Below are positions 1 to 4,687 of a stretch of 4,687 nt of DNA, one piece after another. Origin of the DNA: a virus (Duplodnaviria; Heunggongvirae; Uroviricota; Caudoviricetes); the IMG/VR virus record IMGVR_UViG_2698536649_000009. One strand, given 5' to 3'. The stretch's first letter is position 1; the number at the start of each line of letters is the position of its first letter. A model generated the notes under the pieces. That model was not told the DNA's origin and did no database searches. It worked only from the letters and a program-made list of their open reading frames with translations. A program made the translations under genes and the position numbers.

Positions 1-1246
1 CATCTGCCATTGCGCAAGATGGTTGCGGTTTTTCTTCATCATTTTCTTCTTCTTCTGTTTCCTGCTTAGCAGACAGTTCGCGGTTAACTTCTTCCAGGAT
101 ATCTTTTTCCGGTGTATGTCGTGCAGCAGTGAGAGTTTCCTTGCTGGGGTTCTCGTGATCAGTCTCCGTTAAGTAGGCGTTGATATACCCCTGAAGGCGT
201 CCCGGGTAGTGATAAAACTCAGGGTGAGCGCTCCGGATAAGTGCAAAAATAGCGGCGCGGGAATAGTCCAGAATACCCGGGGTTGCGCGAAGTGCTGCGG
301 ACCATTCTTTGAACGGACTTTCTCTTTTCAGGACGATTTCTTTTGCGCGACGATAAACGCTGCCCGGAATTTCATAAATATTAAAATCCATCGGAAGTGT
401 GGCTGCTGCAATCTCCACATCCAGCGTATCGAAGGTGTGTACTAAATTCGGATTGCGATCGGTTTTGTTCCCGCCACCGGCATTTGCACCGGAAGCCGTA
501 CGGGTGATACGCGAAACACGATTTCCTTTCATCCACTCTTTTGTCAGCAGACCCCGATCAGTGTAGTCAGCGTCCAGGTATGCCTCGAAAAAAGCAGTTA
601 TCAGTCCCAGGTCTGAATTACCGGGATTAGGGAAAACTTTGTCAGTGTCGCGTACCAGTTTGTGAAGGTCGCGAATCTCCAGCGGGTCGAGCAGCTTTGT
701 TTTGTGAGAAATGGCCAGGGCAGTAACAGCCGGCAGTTCTTCCGCCCGTGCTATATGTAATGCCTGAAGTTCTTCCCGTGCAACGTGCGTTACTGGTTTT
801 TCGCTGCCGTGTTGCGCAAGCCAGCGAATGGGCAGCTCCTGACCAGAAACCGGCAGGAGCATATTCTCCTCAATCTCCGTCATGTCTTCGCCGTTGACGT
901 TGGTATTGTCAGTACTGGCTGGTTTCTCCTGCACGGAGGGAGAGGGCGCGATAAATACCATTGTAATGCCATCTTCCCCGCCTTTTTCGTATCGGTTGCA
1001 GAATTCGGTATCAAACACGCCTTCAGGTGGAAGGTCATTCACAACGGGTAAATGGACGCGAACGGGTTTTTTAAAGTCGTCTTCATCATAATCGTTGTCA
1101 TCCATTGCGGTAATGCAGCGGGAGATGGCAACAGATAATTTTTTTGCTGTAGTCCAGTAAAAACCACCTTTAATTCCCAGACGTTTTCTGACTTTGTCAT
1201 TTTTTGCTTCGCAATATAGCGCAAATTCTTCTTTATCAGTGCTCAT
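1..1246 (-). CDS. recE: Exodeoxyribonuclease VIII (RecE)-like protein, N-terminal 415 codons; gene continues beyond the left edge of the window
   Basis: Hand translation of the minus strand from ATG 1246-1244 is open with no stop down to position 1 (MSTDKEEFALYCEAKNDKVRKRLGIKGGFYWTTAK...NTNVNGEDMTEIEENMLLPVSGQELPIRWLAQHGSEKPVTHV...KVFPNPGNSDLGLITAFFEAYLDADYTDRGLLTKEWMKGNRVSRITRTASGANAGGG...DEEKPQPS). GAGG Shine-Dalgarno 7 nt upstream of the ATG. Several long segments match my recollection of E. coli RecE; this is memory, not a search. It was not in the ORF track because it runs off the window. Confidence 0.75.
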   Translation of the reverse strand, partial: MSTDKEEFALYCEAKNDKVRKRLGIKGGFYWTTAKKLSVAISRCITAMDDNDYDEDDFKKPVRVHLPVVNDLPPEGVFDTEFCNRYEKGGEDGITMVFIAPSPSVQEKPASTDNTNVNGEDMTEIEENMLLPVSGQELPIRWLAQHGSEKPVTHVAREELQALHIARAEELPAVTALAISHKTKLLDPLEIRDLHKLVRDTDKVFPNPGNSDLGLITAFFEAYLDADYTDRGLLTKEWMKGNRVSRITRTASGANAGGGNKTDRNPNLVHTFDTLDVEIAAATLPMDFNIYEIPGSVYRRAKEIVLKRESPFKEWSAALRATPGILDYSRAAIFALIRSAHPEFYHYPGRLQGYINAYLTETDHENPSKETLTAARHTPEKDILEEVNRELSAKQETEEEENDEEKPQPSCAMAD

Positions 1247-1338
1247 TGATAAACCTCATTACAGATTTAAGGGTGAACAAATCCCTGCCATTGCTGGCAT
1301 TTTTAATCCGTTGGTATGGTGTTAATATGGCTGGAGGG

Positions 1339-1527
1339 TTATCCAGCCGGTGTTTCGTTATTCAGGTACAGCGATACTTTTTTTACCGGGAGGCATTCAC
1401 CAGAAATTTTTTGCTCGTCTCTTGCCTGGAGGCAGGATTCTTTACTGGCATAAATTCCGGTAATCACATTCTGTGATTCACCCGTTATAAGAAAAACCGT
1501 CATCATCAGTGCAAATGCTGAAGTCAT
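1339..1527 (-). CDS. ydfD: YdfD-like small protein (62 aa) with N-terminal hydrophobic segment; putative membrane/lysis protein of the dicB operon
   Basis: ORF track 62 aa (MTSAFALMMTVFLITG...). GGAG Shine-Dalgarno 7 nt upstream of ATG 1527. ATGA overlap with the dicB stop (1524-1527), i.e. translational coupling. Position immediately after dicB matches the K-12 Qin dicB-ydfD arrangement as I recall it. Confidence 0.55.
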   Translation of the reverse strand: MTSAFALMMTVFLITGESQNVITGIYASKESCLQARDEQKISGECLPVKKVSLYLNNETPAG

Positions 1528-1712
1528 TGACGTTCTCCGAAAATACCAAGTTCAAGAAGAGCAATTCGGGAAAGTATGGAATTATCATTGAGCAGATAAG
1601 GCTCATATTTCCTCATGTTAATGGCATCTTCAGTAAACTCCCGGTTACTGAGCAGAACACCAATATCAAAACAACCTTCAGACGTATTAACGTTTGGTAA
1701 TAACGTTTCCAT
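1524..1712 (-). CDS. dicB: Cell-division inhibitor DicB (62 aa)
   Basis: ORF track product METLLPNVNTSEGCFDIGVLLSNREFTEDAINMRKYEPYLLNDNSILSRIALLELGIFGERQ. The N-terminus closely matches my recollection of E. coli K-12 DicB (MKTLLPNVNTSEGCFEIGV...FTEDAIN...), and the length is the same. GAGGA Shine-Dalgarno 7 nt upstream of ATG 1712. DicF lies immediately upstream, as in Qin. Confidence 0.85.
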   Translation of the reverse strand: METLLPNVNTSEGCFDIGVLLSNREFTEDAINMRKYEPYLLNDNSILSRIALLELGIFGERQ

Positions 1713-1803
1713 TATCGCGTCCTCAACAATGAATTTTGTGATGCAGTGCCTGGTGCCTCCAGGTGACGTTAACCAGTTAACAATTAACGAATCACTTTAA
1801 AAA

Positions 1804-1856
1804 GGGCGGCAGAGCAGCCACGGAGTAAAACTGATACCGCCAAACGTCACCAGAAA
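1804..1856 (-). ncRNA. dicF: DicF small regulatory RNA (53 nt) with downstream U-run (plus-strand A-run 1799-1803)
   Basis: Minus-strand sequence TTTCTGGTGACGTTTGGCGGTATCAGTTTTACTCCGTGGCTGCTCTGCCGCCC followed by TTTTT. This matches my recollection of K-12 DicF apart from possibly one base. GGCGG...CCGCC closes a terminator-like stem before the U-run. Correct synteny, just upstream of dicB. Confidence 0.8.
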
Positions 1857-2133
1857 ATTGATAACAGAGGGCGTTGCAGCGGGGTTGTCACTTAAGCGTA
1901 TGGTCAACCTGACAACCCGGTGTCCTCAATGGGGAAGGAATAACCCCGCCATACTTACCGCCGCGCCATTTCGCGGAGTGCCACAACCGGAAGCGCACGT
2001 TCGAAGAAATCTAACGACAAGCCTTCTAAGGGAAAGAGCTTCGCCGTACGCTTTCGCGTTATGCACTGACTTTTCAGGGAAATATCCTTTCAGTAAACTG
2101 TCAGTACCGGATTCTTATCCGTGTCCGGCGCAC

Positions 2134-2167
2134 GACCACACGTGACAGCGTGTTGGTCTCCATTTTT
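2134..2167 (+). terminator. Terminator-like hairpin: 9-bp stem with one bulge (GACCACACG / CGTGTTGGTC), 6-nt loop, then TCCATTTTT
   Basis: Inverted repeat 2134-2142 / 2149-2158 with T-run 2163-2167, read directly from the sequence. Sits 27 nt upstream of the 2194 start codon. On the minus strand it is part of the long dicF precursor leader instead. Confidence 0.3.
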
Positions 2168-2193
2168 AACCCAGAACCTCAATGGAGGATAAA

Positions 2194-2403
2194 ATGCCAA
2201 ACAAAAAAAGAAATCCGCTTATTGAAAAACAGATTGAATGCCTGGTAAATCAACTCAGGCAATCAGGGTTATTAAAAACTCATTCAGAGTTGAGGCTCAC
2301 AGAATCAGCATTCGACGATAAATTAAATAATGTCCTTTATAATGGCATTATTGATTTTAATCGTTCTGTTGGTCGCTGCGGCCCTGCTGGTGTTTCCTTA
2401 TAA
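2194..2403 (+). CDS. Hypothetical small protein (69 aa), convergent with the cargo gene
   Basis: ORF track 2182..2403; the second in-frame ATG at 2194 is preceded by a strong GGAGGA Shine-Dalgarno (2184-2189). A 70-codon open frame in an AT-rich segment with no competing minus-strand ORF. Product MPNKKRNPLIEKQIECLVNQLRQSGLLKTHSELRLTESAFDDKLNNVLYNGIIDFNRSVGRCGPAGVSL, not recognised. Confidence 0.45.
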   Translation: MPNKKRNPLIEKQIECLVNQLRQSGLLKTHSELRLTESAFDDKLNNVLYNGIIDFNRSVGRCGPAGVSL

Positions 2404-3042
2404 TTACCAGTCAATCCAGAGTGGACCGTGTTCAGCGTAAATATAACTGTACACATCCAGATTATATTTGTGGTCTGTTAAGAACAGGCCGCAAATACAT
2501 GCCGAAGCTTCCAGTGCAGCGGCTCTGTTACTGAATAACCATGTAGCAACATTCCAGCGTTTTTCTGCATCCCAGTCTTTCTCAAGGCCTGATACCATGA
2601 AGAAACCGTTAGTGTTGCCATCAAATAATTCTGTTTCCAAATTTTTAAGCAATGCCTGATGGACTCTTGCCAGGTATTCCGCCGGAATTTCGCCACGAAT
2701 TCTGATGAGATTGTCATAAACAAACATGTTCCCCGCATATGGCGATTTTTCTTTCTTGTTTTTTAAACCAGCATCATGAGCAAACTGATCAATTTCTTCT
2801 TCCGTTGGTTTCGTATTGATGTTTTGCGCTGTCGTTTCTGCAATTTTATTTGCCACACTCTCTGAGTCGTGTTTATTTATAGACGCACAGAAATACAATC
2901 CGGTAAACGCATCGCGCACATTACGAGCCATATTATCAGTGTCTTTTTTCGTTACCGATTCCAATTCAAGTTCGTTCAGACGATGACGAAGTGTGTGTGC
3001 TGCAATCTCCTGGATTGAAGGAGGTAAATCTTTAAATTCCAT
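2404..3042 (-). CDS. Hypothetical protein (212 aa), unrecognised cargo gene between ydfA-like and dicF; an alternative start at 3054 gives 216 aa
   Basis: Long minus-strand ORF (ORF track 2404..3054). The ATG at 3042 has a GAGG Shine-Dalgarno 6 nt upstream. The upstream ATG at 3054 overlaps the ydfA-like stop (minus-strand TGATG). Product MEFKDLPPSIQEIAAHTLRHRLNELELESV... has no motif I can assign; no YxDD, no obvious nuclease or NTPase signature. Confidence 0.8.
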   Translation of the reverse strand: MEFKDLPPSIQEIAAHTLRHRLNELELESVTKKDTDNMARNVRDAFTGLYFCASINKHDSESVANKIAETTAQNINTKPTEEEIDQFAHDAGLKNKKEKSPYAGNMFVYDNLIRIRGEIPAEYLARVHQALLKNLETELFDGNTNGFFMVSGLEKDWDAEKRWNVATWLFSNRAAALEASACICGLFLTDHKYNLDVYSYIYAEHGPLWIDW

Positions 3043-3053
3043 CGTCAACCTCA

Positions 3054-3206
3054 TCAGTCAGTGTTTCTGGCTAACCAGCGACGCGCGCCAGCTTCAGTTT
3101 TAAACGTTTTGCTTTTGGTATACGTCATCGCGGTGAACGTACCGTCCTGGTTGGGGAACACGCCACATACCAGAGATTCGTTGTTGCCAAGATTGAGCGT
3201 ATCCAT
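3054..3206 (-). CDS. ydfA: YdfA-like small protein (50 aa, DUF1391-type); the ORF track gives a longer 77-aa version starting at 3287
   Basis: MDTLNLGNNESLVCGVFPNQDGTFTAMTYTKSKTFKTEAGARRWLARNTD resembles my recollection of K-12 YdfA (about 51 aa). The internal ATG at 3206 has a GAGG Shine-Dalgarno 5 nt upstream. First gene downstream of the repressor, as ydfA follows dicA in Qin. Confidence 0.6.
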   Translation of the reverse strand: MDTLNLGNNESLVCGVFPNQDGTFTAMTYTKSKTFKTEAGARRWLARNTD

Positions 3207-3385
3207 GTTGACCTCATTTCCCCTTAACGCCGGGGTAGCGGAACAAAAACCTGCTGCATAGTTATTAAAGTTGAACCCTGCCGTCATGTTCTTACGCCTC
3301 GGGCTGGCTACTTAACCCCTGACCACTGCCTGGTAACTCGAAGTATTGCCCTGCATTCTGTGGGGCGGGGTGAGGGAATGAATGA

Positions 3386-3414
3386 AGTTTAGAAAAACGA
3401 ACATTTAAGGTCAA
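3386..3414 (-). promoter_or_regulatory. Candidate sigma70 promoter for the leftward ydfA-like/dicB-type operon: -35 TTGACC, 17-bp spacer, -10 TAAACT on the minus strand
   Basis: Read directly from the sequence: plus-strand GGTCAA at 3409-3414 and AGTTTA at 3386-3391. Position is analogous to dicBp between dicA and ydfA. Not validated. Confidence 0.3.
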
Positions 3415-3434
3415 TGTTTTTTTATCAAAACATT
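3413..3434. promoter_or_regulatory. Operator-like palindrome AATGTTTT-TTTATC-AAAACATT (core GTTTT-N6-AAAAC at 3416-3431) overlapping the -35 of the candidate promoter
   Basis: Perfect 8-bp inverted arms read from the sequence. Same GTTTT-N6-AAAAC architecture as the sites in the repressor/cro intergenic region. Confidence 0.4.
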
Positions 3435-3498
3435 TTAAGCAGGCAGCTGTTACGCCATCACTACGATGGCATACAGTTAATCAAATAGATGAGGTTGG

Positions 3499-4137
3499 TT
3501 AAATATCTTGTTGAATTTTAAAGCATACTCCCAATATGCAAGATAGATCATCCAGCATAATTGAAGGGTAGCGAGGATTCGTGGGGACTAAAAGAATATC
3601 CGGCCCTTCTATCTCCAGTTTGCGAATGACAGGCGTTGTGGTCCCTTTGGGTAAGGCAAGGACAATATTTCCTGGTTGTACGATTCGATCGGGATCAACA
3701 AAAACTGTTGAACCATTTGGGATGGAAACTCCACCACCAGATGTCGACATACTGTCACTCTCTAGAACAACAGCAAAGGTATTGGCCGGGATTTCTCCGA
3801 CAAGCTGCACACAAGAGGTTATTGAGGAATTTTTCATATAATCACTCCAGCTTGCTGCCTGCTGAAGTGATAGTAGCGGAACCGTTTTTATCGGCGGTAA
3901 AGATAGATCAAGCGAATCACCTGTATTTAACTCTCCTCCATTAAGAAGCCAATTTTCGTTTACTTTCAATATCTTTGCCAGTGAACTTATGTAACGCGAG
4001 GACGGCGCTCCTCCACCGTTCATCCATTGACTTACGGAGCCTTTTGATGCGCCAGTGGCATTGACAAGGTCTTTGCCTTTCAAGTTTAGCGCATGCATAC
4101 GTTGGGTTATGCGTTCAGATATTGTTTGCTTGTTCAT
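3499..4137 (-). CDS. CI/LexA-type prophage repressor: N-terminal XRE helix-turn-helix plus C-terminal S24 autopeptidase domain (212 aa)
   Basis: ORF track 212 aa. HTH segment LKGKDLVNATGASKGSVSQWMNGG. S24 catalytic motifs LESDSMSTSGG (Ser, matching the G-D/E-SM pattern of LexA, UmuD and lambda CI) and VIRKLEIEG (Lys). Divergent from a Cro-like gene. No Shine-Dalgarno upstream of the ATG. Confidence 0.9.
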   Translation of the reverse strand: MNKQTISERITQRMHALNLKGKDLVNATGASKGSVSQWMNGGGAPSSRYISSLAKILKVNENWLLNGGELNTGDSLDLSLPPIKTVPLLSLQQAASWSDYMKNSSITSCVQLVGEIPANTFAVVLESDSMSTSGGGVSIPNGSTVFVDPDRIVQPGNIVLALPKGTTTPVIRKLEIEGPDILLVPTNPRYPSIMLDDLSCILGVCFKIQQDI

Positions 4138-4199
4138 GTTTTGATTTTAAAACACAGATGGTTTTGTTTCTTGACTTTCTTTGGTTTTGATTATTAAAC
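4138..4199. promoter_or_regulatory. Immunity-switch operator/promoter region: GTTTTG-initiated repeats at 4138, 4161 and 4184 (23-bp periodicity); palindromic 16-bp sites R1 GTTTT-GATTTT-AAAAC (4138-4153) and R3 GTTTT-GATTAT-TAAAC (4184-4199)
   Basis: Repeats read directly from the sequence; the 23-bp spacing is like lambda OR1-OR2-OR3. Candidate rightward promoter TTGACT (4171-4176), 18-bp spacer, TAAACT (4195-4200). Candidate leftward -10 TAAAAT (plus 4144-4149) placed for a leaderless repressor transcript. Confidence 0.5.
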
Positions 4200-4228
4200 T
4201 TTTGGCGTTCAGTTTTATGGAGCGACTC

Positions 4229-4471
4229 ATGAAAAAATCAGAAGTATTAGGCTATTTTGGCGGAGTTGTTAAAACAGCCGCCGCTCTAGGAACGTCAAAA
4301 ACCACAGTCAGCATGTGGGGGGAAGACGTTCCGTGGAAATGGGCGTTGCTAATTCAGGCAGTCACTGCCGGGGCGCTCAAATATGAGTTACACATACCGA
4401 CGGTTGTCATTCCCGATTCTGATCATAATCCGCCTTCTAACCAAGGGGGGATTCATGAAAATCAAGCATGA
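4229..4471 (+). CDS. Cro-like HTH regulator (YdaS/DicC-type), 80 aa
   Basis: ORF track 4181..4471 begins at a TTG; the in-frame ATG at 4229 has a GGAG Shine-Dalgarno 6 nt upstream. Product MKKSEVLGYFGGVVKTAAALGTSKTTVSMWGEDVPWKW... contains an HTH like YdaS/Cro family proteins. Divergent from the repressor. Confidence 0.7.
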   Translation: MKKSEVLGYFGGVVKTAAALGTSKTTVSMWGEDVPWKWALLIQAVTAGALKYELHIPTVVIPDSDHNPPSNQGGIHENQA

Positions 4472-4687
4472 ACACATCCGCATGGCGATGAATGCCTGGG
4501 CGCGTCCTGATGGCGAAAAAGTTCCGGCAGCTGGAATAACCCAGGCTTATTTTGAGTTGGGTATGACGTTTCCTGAACTGTACGACGACAGCCATCCGGA
4601 AGCCCTGGCTCGCAATACCCAGAAAATTTTCCGCTGGATAGAGAAAGACACCCCTGATGCAGTTGAAAAAATGCAGGCTCTGTTACC
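4455..4687 (+). CDS. ydaT: YdaT-like protein (proposed CII functional analogue), N-terminal 77 codons; continues beyond the right edge
   Basis: Open frame from ATG 4455 to the window end (MKIKHEHIRMAMNAWARPDGEKVPAAGITQAYFELGMTFPELYDDSHPEALARNTQKIFRWIEKDTPDAVEKMQALL). G-rich Shine-Dalgarno AAGGGGGG just upstream. Overlaps the cro-like gene by 17 nt. The MKIKHEHI start matches my recollection of YdaT. Not in the ORF track because it has no stop in the window. Confidence 0.6.
   Translation, partial: MKIKHEHIRMAMNAWARPDGEKVPAAGITQAYFELGMTFPELYDDSHPEALARNTQKIFRWIEKDTPDAVEKMQALL

Noticed and set aside
209-1224. ORF-track ORFs 209..445 (+), 785..1051 (+), 882..1091 (+) and 1039..1224 (-)
   Set aside because: All lie inside the long uninterrupted recE-like frame, antisense or out of frame to it, with no ribosome-binding sites and implausible products; treated as spurious.
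1286-1304. Short hairpin TGCCA-TTGC-TGGCA followed by TTTTT, between ydfD-like and recE
   Set aside because: Only a 5-bp stem, and the T-run is on the plus strand while the surrounding operon is minus-strand; unlikely to be a functional terminator.
1204-1476. Plus-strand 90-aa ORF spanning the recE start and the ydfD-like gene
   Set aside because: Overlaps two better-supported minus-strand genes, both with Shine-Dalgarno sequences and coupling; product has odd composition.
1509-1800. Plus-strand ORFs 1509..1700 and 1615..1800
   Set aside because: Antisense to the well-supported dicB gene and the dicF region; no ribosome-binding sites.
1858-2145. Plus-strand 95-aa ORF in the GC-rich region
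   Set aside because: R/P/T-rich product, no ribosome-binding site; the open frame is more likely a by-product of high GC content in a structured non-coding leader.
1857-2193. Retron msr/msd, tRNA or type III toxin-antitoxin repeat array as explanations for the structured GC-rich region
   Set aside because: No reverse transcriptase (no YxDD-containing ORF) nearby, no tRNA-like T-arm or cloverleaf, and no tandem direct repeats.
2468-2738. ORFs 2468..2659 (+) and 2478..2738 (-)
   Set aside because: Nested inside the 212-aa cargo gene in other frames or antisense; shorter and without start signals.
3054-3287. Longer 77-aa version of the ydfA-like ORF starting at ATG 3287, and plus-strand ORF 3061..3261
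   Set aside because: The internal ATG at 3206 has the better Shine-Dalgarno and gives the ~50-aa length expected for YdfA-type proteins; the N-terminal extension is not excluded. The plus-strand ORF is antisense to it.
3464-3480. Hairpin GCCATC-ACTAC-GATGGC just downstream of the repressor stop
   Set aside because: No U-run follows on the minus strand, so it is not a convincing intrinsic terminator; read-through from the repressor into the ydfA-like operon remains possible.
3581-3944. Plus-strand ORFs 3581..3841 and 3636..3944
   Set aside because: Antisense to and inside the strongly supported repressor gene.
4181-4228. TTG-initiated N-terminal extension of the cro-like ORF
   Set aside because: It would place coding sequence across the operator and promoter repeats; the ATG at 4229 with a GGAG Shine-Dalgarno is the more plausible start.

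Overview
This window reads as the immunity / early-left region of a lambdoid enterobacterial prophage, a mosaic of Qin-type (dicB operon) and Rac-type (recE, ydaT-like) modules. Every call is from reading the sequence and from memory of protein families; no search was run. A long leftward (minus-strand) gene string runs: CI/LexA-type repressor (3499-4137), candidate promoter plus operator palindrome (~3386-3434), ydfA-like small gene (3054-3206), an unrecognised 212-aa cargo gene (2404-3042), a ~330-nt GC-rich ORF-free leader, DicF sRNA (1804-1856), dicB (1524-1712), ydfD-like (1339-1527), and the N-terminal 415 codons of a recE-like exonuclease VIII gene (1-1246, runs off the left edge). Divergent from the repressor are a Cro/YdaS-like HTH gene (4229-4471) and a partial ydaT-like gene (4455-4687). 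The most interesting part is the 2194-3054 segment: the unrecognised cargo gene, and a convergent plus-strand small ORF (2194-2403) ending stop-to-stop against it, with a nested out-of-frame hydrophobic peptide frame (2342-2440). No tRNA, CRISPR array, IS element or att site was seen.
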